This document shows positions 49,701 through 62,909 of a stretch of 64,000 nucleotides of DNA, in pieces. The first letter of the stretch is position 1; the number at the start of each line of letters is the position of its first letter. The stretch comes from Macrostomum lignano. Taxonomy: Eukaryota. The stretch spans positions 42,372-106,371 of the forward strand of contig NIVC01002739.1 in NCBI GenBank assembly GCA_002269645.1, read 5' to 3'. The position numbers were made by a program, and so were the translations under genes. Under the pieces are notes generated by a model. It ran no database searches. It worked only from the letters and a program-made list of their open reading frames with translations, and was not told the DNA's origin.

Positions 49701-52204
49701 TTATCTCTCATCTTCGAGCCTCATTTCTCATCTTGGCGCCTTATCTCTCATCTTGGCGCCTCATCTCTCATCTTCGAGCCTCATCTCTCATCTTGGCGTC
49801 CTATGTCTCATCTTGGCGTCTTATCTCTCATCTTGGCGTCTTATCTCTCATCTTGGCGCGTCTCATCTCTCATCTTGGCGTCTCATCTCTCATCTTGGCG
49901 TCTCATCTCTCATCTTGGCACCGATCATCTCTCATTTTGGCACCGATCATCTCTCATCTTGGCGCTTCATCTCTCATCTTGGCGTCTCATCTCTCATCTT
50001 GGCACCGATCATCCCTCATCTTGGCGTCTCATCTCTCATCTTGGCACCGATCATCTCTCATCTTGGCACCGATCATCTCTCATCTTGGCACCGATCATCT
50101 CTCATCTTGGCACCGATCATCTCTCATCTTGGCACCGATCATCTCTCATCTTGGCACCGATCATCTCTCATCTTGGCGTCTCATCTCTCATCTTGGCGTC
50201 TCATCTCTCATCTTGGCACCGATCATCTCTCATCTTGGCACCGATCATCTCTCATCTTGGCACCGATCATCTCTCATCTTGGCACCGATCATCTCTCATC
50301 TTGGCACCGATCATCTCTCATCTTGGCACCGATCATCTCTCATCTTGGCACCGATCATCTCTCATCTTGGCACCGATCATCTTTCATCTTGGCACCGATC
50401 ATCTCTCATCTTGGCACCGATCATCTCTCATCTTGGCACCGATCATCTCTCATCTTGGCGCTTCATCTCTCATCTTGGCACCGATCATCTTTCATCTTGG
50501 CACCGATCATCTCTCATCTTGGCACCGATCATCTTTCATCTTGGCACCGATCATCTTTCATCTTGGCACCGATCATCTTTCATCTTGGCGCTTCATCTCT
50601 CATCTTGGCACCTCATCTCTTATCTTGGCGCCTCATCTCTCATCTTGGCGCCTCATCTCTCATCTTGGCACCGATCATCTTTCATCTTGGCGCCTCATCT
50701 CTCATTTTTACTTAATTTCGCACCACGACGATTTCTGATTAATATTGGAACCTAATTTCTCATCAATGCGCTTCATCTCATACCACGGCGCCTCATAACA
50801 TCTGGTGCGTCATTATCATTGGGCGCCTTATATCTGTCATTGTGATTTACTATCGCAAAAAAATTGGCGCAATAAAACCCAATCGGCACTACTCGCAACA
50901 TACAATGCAGCACATGTCCAAGCACCATCATTGGCAGCATCGCTCACCTGCAGTTGCACAGCCTCTATAGACACCTGCTAGGCCAAGAGCTTAGCATGGA
51001 TAGTCGAATTGTTGAACGAGACAGTGCGCCAGTCTACGGACCATGTCTGGTTCAATTTCCCGCCATGGCTGACCAACCAGATCTGATGGATCTTATTCGG
51101 GTGAGATAACAACATCCTTGTCGTGAGCTGCTGGAGGGGTAGAAATTGAGTCATACTATATTATACTACGTACATAGTCGCAATCTGATTGGCTGCTGAG
51201 GAATAGAAAAACCTATAACGATACAGGGTCGGATTCTGATTGGCTGCTGAGGGATAGAAAAACCTATAACGATACAGGGTCGGATTCTGATTGGCTGCTA
51301 AGAGATAGAAAGTAATTACTGCTAAACTACGATCAAATGGTAAGGAACTTATTTTCACTTCATTTTAGCGTCGGTGGAACGAATTCGCAAAACGCGATCG
51401 AGCTTTTAGAGTAAGACAGTGAAGCTTAATTGAATGATTGGGTTTTTCTCTAAATTGTAAATATTTTGACTTGAATTTCAGAACTTAAACAAAAAAACAA
51501 ACTAATCTTTTTATCCAGAAACCAATAGCCACAGAGACAATGAAGCTGGAGTTTAGCCGCATTGTTAAGTCGACCTATTTTCTTAATCAGGTCAAGGATT
51601 TTCAGCCCTACGTGTTTGGCAACAAGGCGCAGGAGCAGGTAGGTTACTGACGTAATTTACCCGTCAGACACTCATCACACACCTGTTAGACATTCATCAC
51701 ACACCTGTTAAACCAGTCATGACACACCTGTCAGACAGTCATCACACACCTGTCAGACAGTCATCACACACCTGTCAGACAATCATCACACACCTGTTAG
51801 ACATTCATCACACACCTGTTAAACCAGTCATGACACACCTGTTAGACATTCATCACACACCTATTAAACCAGTCATGACACACCTGTTAGACATTCATCA
51901 CACACCTATTAAACCAGTCATGACACACCTGTTAGACATTAATCACACACCTGTTAAACCAGTCAGGAAACACCTGTTAGACAGAATCCCCAGTTTAATT
52001 AATCCCATCATAACAAAATCCCAAATCCCTCAGACCCGAGCAAATCTTATCCAGGATTTCCAACGCCGGACAGCCACGGATCCCAGTGGAACAGGTTTCA
52101 GCCTGTCCGCCGATTTTGCAGTCGAACCGTTTAGCATGCTCGAGGTTACTATGCCGTTGCTGGGGCCTCATTCAGTACCAGTTATCCCTGTTGCAGTCGA
52201 ATGA
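40104..52204 (+). CDS. NPHP1: Nephrocystin-1, ~820 aa, 18 exons
   Basis: Exons 40104-40154, 40620-40681, 40774-40831, 40910-40978, 41054-41673, 41912-42104, 42424-42525, 42985-43069, 44806-44897, 46235-46307, 47111-47370, 47753-47841, 48716-48795, 49364-49469, 50911-51100, 51369-51410, 51519-51638, 52034-52204; coiled coil, Glu-rich tract, SH3 ([17 protein letters not shown]), [40 protein letters not shown]. Confidence 0.95.
41760..41870. repeat. 33-bp repeat, 3 copies, in the intron splitting the SH3 domain
   Basis: AAGAACCTGGCGCCTTCCACCTCTCAACCATGG. Confidence 0.85.
42225..42345. repeat. 25-bp intronic repeat
   Basis: TTCAGCACACAGTGGCTCCCACCAC. Confidence 0.85.
42745..42850 (+). other. 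Long stem-loop element homologous to the core of the SINE at 47400-47690
   Basis: GCACAGAGTGTACA / TGTACACTCTGTGT stem plus outer CAATCACAC..GC / GCGTGTGCGATTG stem. Confidence 0.6.
43170..43755. repeat. (GACA)n microsatellite
   Basis: Direct inspection. Confidence 0.97.
46420..46990. repeat. 28-bp intronic minisatellite
   Basis: GAGATGGGATCAAATATTATAGCGTGAG. Confidence 0.93.
47400..47690 (-). mobile_element. tRNA-derived SINE in an NPHP1 intron
   Basis: Minus-strand A box GGCTCAGTCGG (47671-47681), B box GGCTCGATTCC (47626-47636), central hairpin domain. Confidence 0.65.
49630..50720. repeat. 22-bp intronic minisatellite, about 48 copies
   Basis: TCATCTCTCATCTTGGCACCGA with GGCGCC variants at the edges. 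Confidence 0.96.
51180..51310. repeat. 51-bp repeat, ~2.5 copies, containing CTGATTGGCT
   Basis: Direct inspection. Confidence 0.8.
51665..51980. repeat. 21/41-bp intronic minisatellite
   Basis: CATCACACACCTGTTAGACA-type units. Confidence 0.88.
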
Positions 52205-52992
52205 CAAGAAACTGTTTAGCGAACAGAGAAAAAGTAGGAAAAACTATTCTCTGTATACTATAAGTAGTAGACTGTCGATCAGTCGTACTAGTTTTTCAAA
52301 CTTTTATTCCTTCATATTTTTGTAACTCTCTTCACACCAAAATCATTTGTTGTGTTTTTTCTAAATTTGCATTCCCTATCGAAATTCTAGTGATGAAGTT
52401 TTTGCGATAATTTATAATTACTGTATCCAATTATGTACACATAGCAATATTATTCATATTTTAAAATGTAATCATAATCTAAGATTTATTTATGAGTTTA
52501 AAAAGTTGTCAAAAGTCAAGCAGCGGGTTTTGTTGAGAACGGATTAGGGACATTGTTTCTTAGAAAATATTTAATTGTTTTTTATACAAAACAGCCATTT
52601 TCTCAGACAGTAACTTTCCCGATTTTTGATTTTTGAATCTGTCTCTCGATTCTATTTTTTTCGGCTGGCAACAGATTGATGTGAATTAAAGTCTGCAACT
52701 GTAAAACACCTTCTATAAAAAAATTTTAATTCTTGATTTGTTACTTTTAAATATTTTAAAAGTAAAACAACGAACCTCTGCAATAGTTTTTATTTTTGTG
52801 GTTGTTAAAAAACTAAAAAATAAATAGCTCGTAAGTGTTACGCAGAGAAAATAAAAACTGAATGCGTATAGACATTTCTTTTTGAAATAGAATGTTTATT
52901 GAGTTAAGAAAAATAATAGCGCCAGTCGGTGGTACAGTACACTACAGAGAGTTAATTTTGGCGGGCTAGAACTATAAGTCATAAAAATATTC

Positions 52993-53679
52993 TCACTGAG
53001 CAATCTGCTCAATAACCCAGTCGGGGTTGGCGCAGAAGGTGAACCTATTGTCTACTGGCGTGCCCTCAACGAATCGAGCGTAGGTCAACCGCACGTTGCC
53101 GACCTCCTTGGAGTTCTCGTAGAACTCGAAGTGATTCGGCTCCACCTTGAAGAGCAGCATGGACTCTGGCGGCGGAATCTTGGAGTCCTTGTACTGGGCC
53201 AGCTTGTGCCTCAGCTCCTGGAATTTCTCCTTGAACTCTGAGTCGATCACCTTGCTCTGGTTGGAGTCGATAGCGCTGAAGTAGCACTTCAGGTCTGGCG
53301 TGAACATCTTCTGGAAGTAGCTGTTGATCACGTGACGGTCTCTGATCATGGAAGTCTCGCCGGCTACGGTCACGTGACGGCCGATTGGCAGCCAATCAAA
53401 GTACAGGCAGACATTTTTATTCTGCGATATCTGGCTGCCCTTGCGGCTGTGCAGGGTGGACAAGAACAGAAAGGAGTTGTCGCAGACGTCGGCGAGCTGC
53501 ATGGGCCGCTGCGATGGCGTCATGGACTGCGGGCAGGCCGTGGCGAGGACGAAGGTGTCGGCGTTGCCGAACTGCCCGCATCTGGCGGCGTCCTTCTGCC
53601 AGCGGCGGAACAGGCAGAACGGCTGCGAGAAGCCGCGGCTGATCGCGTCCTTCGGATCGCGGATGGGCTTTGTGTGCGG
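52993..53679 (-). CDS. PNPO: Divergent PNPO/PdxH-like protein, copy 2 (inverted); protein identical to copy 1
   Basis: 687-nt exon; 5 visible nucleotide differences from 26606-27292, all synonymous; alternative in-frame ATG at 54162 reading through the repeat. Confidence 0.8.
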   Translation of the reverse strand, partial: PHTKPIRDPKDAISRGFSQPFCLFRRWQKDAARCGQFGNADTFVLATACPQSMTPSQRPMQLADVCDNSFLFLSTLHSRKGSQISQNKNVCLYFDWLPIGRHVTVAGETSMIRDRHVINSYFQKMFTPDLKCYFSAIDSNQSKVIDSEFKEKFQELRHKLAQYKDSKIPPPESMLLFKVEPNHFEFYENSKEVGNVRLTYARFVEGTPVDNRFTFCANPDWVIEQIAQ

Positions 53680-54130
53680 CTGCGGAGGGTGAAGCGGGTG
53701 CGGAGGGTGAAGCGGGTGCGGAGGGTAAAGCGTGTGCGGAGGGTAAAGCGGCTGCGGAGGGTAAAGCGGGTGCAAATATTTGAAGCGGGTGAGAAGGGTA
53801 AGGCGGATGCGGAGGGTGAAGCGTGTGCGGAGGGTGAAGCGGGTGCGGAGGGTAAAGCGGGTGCGGAGGGTAAAGCGTGTGCGGAGGGTAAAGCGGGTGC
53901 GAAGGGTAAAGTGGGTGCGAAGATTTGAAGCGGGTGTGGAGGGTACACATAGATCGGGTGCAGTGGGTAGAGAAAATAACCTGTAAGGAGGGTAAAGCGG
54001 GTGTGGAGGGTATAATAGGAGAGGAGGGTGAAGCGGGTGGGGAGGGTAAAGTGGCGCAGAGGGTATAACAGGCTGAGGGTGAAGCAAGTGTCGAGTGTGG
54101 AGGGGGTAGGGAGGGTGTGGGGGGCCTGTG
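53680..54130. repeat. 18-bp minisatellite ahead of PNPO-like copy 2
   Basis: CGGAGGGTGAAGCGGGTG, reverse complement of the copy-1 unit. Confidence 0.9.
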
Positions 54131-57100
54131 AAGGGCAAAACAGTTAGTTGTTGCCTAAACATGTGTTGGAGATTTGATCACTTAAAAATTATGCTAATGA
54201 TGCACACTAAATGACTTTTCTTAGTCAGTTGTATAAGAATACAGCTTAATCAAAATTCAATGAAAGCCTCATGATAAGCACAGTCTTTAACAGTACAAGG
54301 TAAATATAGCTCATTACACTTTTTTTCTGAAAAAGTTGTAGTATTTATTGTTTAAAATGCTTTATTTCTTAGTACACTACACAGGGCTCATAGGCCAAAG
54401 CCAAAATTTATTAGGCCTAGCCTATGCTATGTATTTAGGTTTTAGTTAAAGTCTAATAATTATTATAATTGCTTTAACTTTGTATTGGCTTGAAGTAAGT
54501 ATATAAAAAATTTAACAATTCTGAATAAAAAAATAATACAAATAGTTCATCTTACATGACAAAAAATATTTTTATATTAAGACAAATACAACTTATTGCC
54601 TTGACTATTTCAATATAACACAACCATTAAATTTTGAACTATGTGTTTAATTCTTTATTGTTTGGGAATCCATGTACTAGCGCATTTCTGGTCACATATG
54701 CAGTTTAAACAACTAGACAAGCGAAATTCTCCAAATTAAAATAATTTAGTAAGAAAAAAGTTTGCTAATTCCTACCTCACTATGAACAAAATTTATAACC
54801 TTAAATAAGTTTATGCTGTTTATATCATTGAATAGCAAATAAAGCTACAATCCTAGGCATTTTTAAACTTGTTACTTTGGATTAGCTTTCAATGTATTAT
54901 TCAATACTTATTGAGGAGGTAGACAAACAATCATACAATTAAATCTTCCTATCTAAATATACTAAATATCTAAGTTTTGTATGCTTGCTTGCTTGTAAAC
55001 TGAAGATAAAAGACAAAGAATCATACGATTAAAAATGCCTTAGTAAACTTCCGATCGGCAGTGAATAGGTGCATGGGTATCTAAAGCTGCAAACTGGTTT
55101 TATTGACAATGTACAGAACCAGAACGTACTTAGGCCCTAGTCTTATCTAGTCGATCAGATCGATCTGGACAAAAGATCCCAGTACAGGAACAAAAAAGGA
55201 AATACCGCCATTAAAGAAATCGTGAAGAAAAATATTAAATTTTTAGAAATATTGCTGTAACAACGTTTTAATATTAGTTTTTTTAAGAAAATCATTTTAA
55301 TGGTAAACATAGAATTCTAATTTCCTGAAGGAAAAGCTTATAAATATCGATAGAGCAATAAAAAAGGCACAACATATCAAAATATGAACACTGGATCTGC
55401 CTCCTATCAAACGCAATAACAATTTTTGTGCTGAAAAATGAAAACTTCCTATCTCCGTAGTGTATTTTTTCGGGAAAAAGTGCCTTCAAAACTTTTCTAA
55501 GAAACGAGGTTTCCCGTCCTTCTACTTAAGTCGTCCTTGAATAATGTATGTTTATATCAAAAAACAAACTGATAACTTTTGAAACTATTATCTAAGCTGC
55601 ATATTAAAATAAATATATTTTCCGCTTTTACCGTTTATAAGTAAAACTATACATTTGTTAAAATCAACTTTTATCAAGATTAACAAACAGTGCAAAATTT
55701 AAAAGTGTAAACAAATGCACGTTACTGAACCGGCCATGACAGTCAAATGTAAAATTGCAGTCAGAATTCACGAAGTAAGGCTTATATGGGCGTTAAAGCT
55801 TTAAGCTTAGATCACTAGTCCACTATGATCATAATATATATACAGCTGTAAATATCCATTATAAACATTTTTCAAAATGACGTTTGCCATTTCTGTCGCC
55901 AGCTGGTCATGTGGCTTTTTTGTAAACCAGCCAGCCAGAGGCCAGAGCCAGTGGCTGGCAGCCACATGAGGGCGAGTCAAGAGACATAAGTCCTTCAAAG
56001 AAAGAATTTGAGGGGGTAATACAAAAGGCTAAATTCAGATATAATAGGACAGAGAAACCTAAGTTCTAAAAAAGAATAAAGACTAAATTACTGAATTAGC
56101 CTAAACATTTGTCATTGAAATATTGCCTTGGGAAGCTTGGTTTCTTTTTTGTGCAATAGGCAGTGGCATAACTGGGGAGGGGTGGAGGCAATTGCAGTTT
56201 CCCTTCTTAGGCAATGACTAGAAAAAATTAAAGTGGAGACTAAGTGAATTTAATTAAGCCAAAATACAAAGTTAGGCCTAGTTCCTTTATCTTCCTAACC
56301 TTCCTTTGGGTCTTTACCTTCCTAAATCCACCATTTTACCTGGGGATATTATAGCATCTTTATTTAAATTGCATCTTGAAATTAGACATTAGATTAGATA
56401 CAATTTTGTATTTTAATTTTTGCAAAAAACTTTATAGGCCCTACTAGACTATATAACTTTATAAAGATGCTATATAATATCTTAACTTTCTTAATTGTAT
56501 TATTGGATTAATTGCAAATATTCTTCTATTTTCATTAGTGTTTCCACTTTGGTGTGAATTTGTACCAAGCCCAAAAATGTGGCAATATGACCCAAATGTG
56601 CAAATAATATTTGGCACAAATCTAAAAATATAGAAAGTTTGTACCTAAATTATAACCCTTTCCACATTTTTTGTTGATTTTCACTTTAGGTATTGTTTGT
56701 AACAAAACAGACTATGCCTATGGAATGCAATAAATTTTATAGCCTAATTGTAGTATTGATTTAGAAAAAGTAATTGCCTCATGTCCATGCTATTATTGCC
56801 ATTTTTGGACCTATTTTTACTAAGCTGTAGTGTTTTATCTTGTCAAAAATTTGATGATTTATGATTGGGTACTTTATATGTTAGGTATTTGAGTTTCTTT
56901 AAATAGCCTATCTTAATAGACATCACATTACATTAGAGCCTTAGAGGTAAGAGTGATGAACTGATAATAATACAAAAAATATCCATGGTATGAAAAAATA
57001 AAGGTTGTTGAATAGAAATACTGATTTTTATAAAAGGTGTTTCTTTTAGAAGTAAAGTTGAATTGTATATAATAAACTTTACTACAAGTAACCAAGTAAC

Positions 57101-57312
57101 ATAAATTTAGTAATATTTTTAATAAAGGTTATTGTCTTTGGAAATAAGGCCTAGTTTGCTGTTTTTTATTTGCAATGGTTATTTGTATATATAGTGTACA
57201 TCTATATTTATAGTGTAAGCAGGAAAAAAATTAATAAAAATTAGAGTTTTTATATAATATTAGATAGAATCAATATTTTGGATTAGGTAAAAATTATTGC
57301 TTGAATTTGGAT

Positions 57313-57581
57313 CATACATGCATACCCCCCTAGATTTACACTGGCCATGCAACTTACTTTTTGACCAAAATATAACTTACCTGTGAAAGAAAACTGAAGA
57401 AAAAATTAATGCTAATTTGGGTAAATGGCAGGAGTAATTATCACTGTTTTATTAAGGCTAAATGCCTCATCATCTAATTAGTACTAGGTCTTTTGGGTGA
57501 GCATTTTTGCAACTTACCCCTGGTCTACCACAATTTACTTTGGTCAGATCAGTCAGGTTGACCAGCAGTTGTGCATGTATG
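57313..57581. mobile_element. hAT-type MITE (CATACATGC family), inverted relative to 10846-11129
   Basis: TIR CATACATGCA / TGCATGTATG; shared internal TAAATGCCTC(A/G)TCATCTAATTAGTACTA and GGGTAAATGGCAGGAGTAA; TSD imperfect. Confidence 0.75.
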
Positions 57582-57691
57582 ATATTTTGGATCCTATTGC
57601 CTTTAATAGTATAATTCCTCTGTTTTGTACAGCGAACCATGCATACCTTATAATATTTGATGTCATTATTTTCATGAAGCTAACACAAGCA

Positions 57692-60600
57692 ATGAGCGGC
57701 AGCTTAGCAGCCGACACTAACAATCCACAGGCTAAGACGCCTCAGTCATCAACATTTAAGCAACGTCGTTCAGCTGTCAATCAATCAAATCTCAACCTAT
57801 CTGATTCTGTTAAAAAGTCGAAAAAACGCAATTCCATGGCTAAAGCTGGCCCAGTGCCAAAGATGAGCTACGCCATGGCTTTGAAACACATTGTTGGCCC
57901 GATGCCAAGGGGTGCAGTTGATTCTAATCAGCCGGACCCAGCTTGGCTACACCAGCGACAGAAACGGCCGCGCCAGCAGCAGCAGCCGCCTAGAAAGAAG
58001 GCTTCTCGCCGATCCAGCATTCGAGTTCGAGGACGCGGACTGAACGATGCAGCTCGAACTCCGGTTGCTATTCGTCAGGCTGGCGCAATGTCTACTGGCC
58101 ATGCTCTGTCGCCTCCAACTTTGATTGTTGGCTCAAAGCAGCCGGCTAAGCAGCAGAAAAAGCAGAAGCCATCAATAGTTGCTAGGGAACCTAACGCTAC
58201 CCCTACTGATGCCGCTGGTACTAATACTACTACTGCTAGTAGTAAAACACCGCCTCCACCAACTCCGGCTTCGATATTGAACAAAAAGAAACGAATGACT
58301 TGGGCTCAACAATTGCACTCGCCTGCGGCTAAGCCGCCTCAAAGCGATCCAGCCGAACCTCCGCCAAGTTCGGCGCTAAGAAAGTCAATCCTAGTTCGAC
58401 GAGCAATGATGGGAGCCGCTGCGAAAGCTTCTAAGCAACGTGCCGATGACGAGCCTGATATTAATAAAAAGTCTCCCGTTGTTATTAAAGTTAATAAAAC
58501 GCCGATTGCTACTGCTAGTAGTAATCAGTCTACAAGCTCGTCTGTTTCTATGCTAACTATGGCGCCAATTGTTGTTGCCAATACGCCAGAGAGAGCTGCT
58601 ATGACTGCTGCCGGCAATGAGTCAACTGCACCACCCGCTGATAATAAACGTCGACGTTCCTCGGTAGCGGCCGCAAAATCGTTGAGAAAGTCGAAATCTA
58701 TTGGCAAGGTATGTTGAAGTATTATAAATGCTCATCAGGTTTAGGAGCGGGAAGATAATTTAGACACAGATGATCCCATCTTTAAAAAAGTACCTGCATA
58801 ATTCTGCTTGAAGTTTAGTGCTTTATCAGTGGATCGCAACTGATTCCACTAAGATTTCATTTAGGAGCCTTTCAATCCAATCTTCAATTCAATACCCCTG
58901 AAACTTTCTAACAGTGAACAAAACCAAGAATTCGGTGCTAGATTTACGATATTACCCCTAAGAGAATTCCCTCAGAGATTTGATATCCCTAAATAATTCC
59001 TCTCGATATATATTACTCATGAAAGAATTCCCTCCTTGTTTATTACTCCTAGAGAATTCCCTCCTTGTTTATTACTCCTAGAGGATTCCCTTCTTGTTTA
59101 TTACTCATCGAGAATTCCCTCCTTGTTTATTACTCCTAGAGAATTAACTCCTTGTTTATTAGTTTTAGAGAATTCCCTCCTAGATATAATACTCCTAGAT
59201 AATTCCCACCTAAATTTATTACTCCTAGAAAATTCCCTCCTAGATTTATTACTCCTAGAGAATTCCCTCCTTGTTTATTAGTCTTAAAAAATGCCCGCCT
59301 ATTTTATACTCCTAAAGAATTCCCTCCTTGTTTTTTTACTTTAGAGAGAATTCCCAAGAATTAATACCCCCTAGAAAATACCCTCCAAGATTTAATACCC
59401 CATAGAGGATTTTTTGCGAGATTTACTGCTCCCTAAGAGTTTTTAGCGATTTATTACCCCAATAATTTCTCCTGATCTCGCAGGCCCAGCCGAAGATGAC
59501 CTACGCCATGGCTTTGCAGCGCGTCGCCGGGCCAATGCCCCGCAGCGCTATGGCTTCCACCACCGCTGCCGTCAGAATTAGGACTAAGCAACATCAACAG
59601 CAAAAACGTCGCTCAAAGAAGCAGCAGTCTCAACAAGCCGGTAAACGGCCTGGGCCGCCCATGTCGACGCTAGAACAACCGACCGCCCCGCCGCCGGCTA
59701 AACTGCCTCGACTGTCGGCGACCACGGCATCAACAGCAACAACTAACGATTCCGGAGCTGAGGAATCAGCGACTAAGCAGCAACGGCCAGTAGGAGGAGG
59801 TCCACGACGAGGCAGAACAACCGGCCTTTTGGCACGCTCGAAAAGTCTGGCGACTGGCGGACATCTGGCTGCTGCGGCTCACGCGTCTCGCCCTGCCGCT
59901 TTGGTTGTTTCGCATCTGCGTAAATCCGTTGATAGCGGGGTTAGTCAGGTGGTCGTTAAGACGCCACGGGACAAGACACCTGCCAGGACACCCCAAGACA
60001 GGACGCCTGCCAAGACACCCCGGGATAAGACGCCCGCCAAGACACCACGGGACAGGACGCCTGCCAAGACACCTGGCGAGAAGACGCCCGCCAAGACACC
60101 TGGCGAGAAGACGCCCGCCAAGACACCTGGCGAGAAGACGCCCGCCAAGACACCTGGCGAAAAGACGCCCGCCAAGACACCTGGCGAGAAGACGCCCGCC
60201 AAGACACCTGGCGAGAAGACGCCCGCCAAGACACCTGGTGAGAAGGTGCCCGCCAAGACACCCCGGGACAAGACGCCCATCAAGACACCTGGTGAGAAGG
60301 TGCCCGCCAAGACACCCCGGGACAAGACGCCGCCAAGACACCTGGTGAGATGGCACCCCGGGACAAGACGCCCGCCAAGACACCTGGTGAGATGGCACCC
60401 CGGGACAAGACGCCCGCCAAGACACCTGGTGAGATGGCACCCCGGGACAAGACGCCCGCCAAGACACCTGGTGAGATGGCACCCCGGGACAAGACGCCCG
60501 CCAAGACAACTGCAACTGGCGAGAAGACACCCCGGGACAAGACGCCCACCAGGGCACCTAGCGAGAAGACTAGCCGGGCAAGACGCCCACCAGGGCACCT

Positions 60601-62909
60601 AGCGAGAAGACTACCCGGGACAAGACGCCCGCAACAACACCTGCTGAGATGGCGCCCAGGGACAAGACACCTGCCAAGGTACCTGAGGAGAAGACCCCCG
60701 TCAAGACACCTAGTGAGAAGACACCCGGGACAAGACGCCCGCCAAGACACCTAGCGAGAAGACACCCCGGGACAAGACGCCCGCCAAGACACCTGTCGAA
60801 AAGACGCCCGCCAAGACACCTGGAGAGAAGACACCCCGAGACAAGACGCCCGCCAAGACACCTGGCGAGAAGACACCCCGAGACAAGACGCCCGCTAAGA
60901 CACCTGGCGAGAAGACACCCCGAGACAAGACGCCGCTAAGACACCTGGCGAGAAGACACCCCGAGACAAGACGCCCGCTAAGACACCTGGCGAGAAGACA
61001 CCCCAAGACAAGACGCCCGCTAAGACACCTGGCGAGAAGACACCCCGAGACAAGACGTCCACAAAGACACCTGAGCACAATAATACGCTCTCCAAGTCGC
61101 AGTCTGCCAGCGCTAGTGAAGCAGTGGCAAACACAGCCCACACCCTCGCCGTCCCTGAAAAGCCGGCCAATCGTCAGGGACGAAGCCAAAAGCGCAAAGC
61201 GGCCAGAGATGCAGAGAACTCGCCAGCCGATAAGCAGCATCAGCAACAACGAGTTGCTCCATCTTCAAACTCGTCGTCTCCTTTGAGACTGTGGAATCCG
61301 ACTAATGATCCCGTCGATGAAGTACCGCCTTCAACAAAGACTAAGACGAAGACCAGCAAGCAAAAAGCTAAAGTAGTTTCCGTCGCTAAGTCGGTTAAAT
61401 CGACAAAAACTCGCACGAACAGCAAGGCCATTGCTAAGGACGCTATTGATTCGGAATCTGAAGTTGTTGGCAAGGCCAATTCAACCGTCGTCAAGAAAAA
61501 TTCGCGTCAAAAACGACCCGTCGGCAAGAAACCGATTGTCGAAGAGCCGGCTCAACCAGCGGTTGGCAATTCGACGCGTCAAGCCGCTACGGTTGCTACA
61601 GACGCTATTTATAATTCTGCCGGTTCAAAGCATACCATTGCCATGGCAACCAACACGGCTCCAACTAAAAATAATTCGCGTCGTAAAGCGGTTGCTAAGC
61701 AACCGAGAGAGCCGGTTATTGCTGATGTCGAAGAGTCGATTGCTAAGGACGCAGTGGTTGCTAACGAAATCCAATCATCTGATACCGTCGCTACTAAAGC
61801 TAATACTAATAAGCGTCTTCGCAAGCCAATAAGCACTGAAGACAAAACTTCTTTGGCTGAGGTTGCTAAGGACGCTACAAGGTCCAGTCGAGCCATTCCA
61901 GCGGCGGAACTCGCTGCTCAGCCTGAAATCGTCGAGTCGGTCGTCGAAGACGCCCCGGTTGGTCGTCGAAAGCGACGGGCGGCAGCGCCATCTACGAAGA
62001 CGGCGGCGTCGAAAAAGTCCCGCCGCAGCGCCGCTAAGACCAACGAGATTGCTGTAGAATCAAGGGAGACGATTGTTACTAAGGAGGTCGTTGTCAAGGA
62101 GACGGTTACACGCGGCCGCGCCAAGCGAGCCATGGCTGTTGCAGACGATACCGAATCGCGGCTAAGAAGCCGCGTCGCGGCGCAGCCAAAAAAGCAGAGG
62201 AAGCTCCAATTGATGCGGAAGCTCCTGTTGCTAAGAGGGCTCCAGTTGCTAAAAAAGCGGCTGCTACTAAGGTACCTCCTACGATCGAGAAAGCTCCTGT
62301 TACTGAGGAACCTTCCGTTGCTAAGAGGGCTCATGCCACACGTAGGGCGGTTGCTAAGGAAGCTCCTGTTGCTGGGGAAGCTTCCGTTGCTAAGAGGGCT
62401 CCTGCTACAAGGAGGGCAGTGGCTGCTAAGGAAGCTGCTGTTGCTGTGGAAACTTCTATTGCTAAGAGAGCTCCGGCTACGCGAAGGGCGATGGTTGCTA
62501 AGGAAGCTTCTGTCACTAAGGTCAATACTGTTTCAAAGCAGTCTCCAGTTGCTAAAAATGTCACTACTGCCAAGAAAGCTGACGTTGCTAAGGAAGCTCC
62601 CGTCACTAAGAAAGCTGCTGTTGCTAAGGAAGCTCCCGTCACTAAGAAAGCTGTCGTTGCTAAGGAAGCCCCCGTCACTAAGAAAGCTGCCGTTGCTAAG
62701 GAAGCTCCCGTCACTAAGAAAGCTGCCGTTGCTAAGAAAGCCGCCGTCACAAGAAAGCCGCCGTCACTAAGAAAGCCGCCGTCGCTAAGGAAGCTCCCGT
62801 TGCTATGCCGGCTGTTCGGGCTAAACGAGCCGCTGCCAAAGTTGCAGAGGAGGCCATTATGGTTTCAGCTGAAGCTAGAGTGACGACCAAACGTGGCGAT
62901 CGAAAATAA
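57692..62909 (+). CDS. ~1,480-aa basic low-complexity protein with KTP repeats and H1-like AKKA/KEAPV repeats; six -1 frameshifts in exon 2
   Basis: Exon 1 57692-58708 (AAG|GTATGT), exon 2 59484-62909; one missing base each at ~60330, 60577, 60725, 60935, 62157 and 62750, and restoring each recovers the repeat consensus or the continuous frame. Confidence 0.65.
58930..59450. repeat. Degenerate intronic minisatellite
   Basis: GAGAATTCCCTCCTTGTTTATTACTCCTA-type units. Confidence 0.8.
59960..61070 (+). repeat. 27-bp coding repeat (KTPGEKTPA / KTPRDKTPA)
   Basis: AAGACACCTGGCGAGAAGACGCCCGCC. Confidence 0.92.

Noticed and set aside
49630-50755. 360-aa ORFs in three frames
   Set aside because: 22-bp intronic minisatellite
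56161-56200. hAT-like terminus CAGTGGCATAACT
   Set aside because: No matching opposite end or TSD found
61637-61650. Strong X-box-like ATTGCCATGGCAAC
   Set aside because: Lies within coding sequence far from any promoter; probably chance
61124-62770. Leu-rich C-terminus of the 548-aa ORF
   Set aside because: Wrong frame after a single-base deletion at ~62157; the true frame gives AKKA/KEAPV repeats
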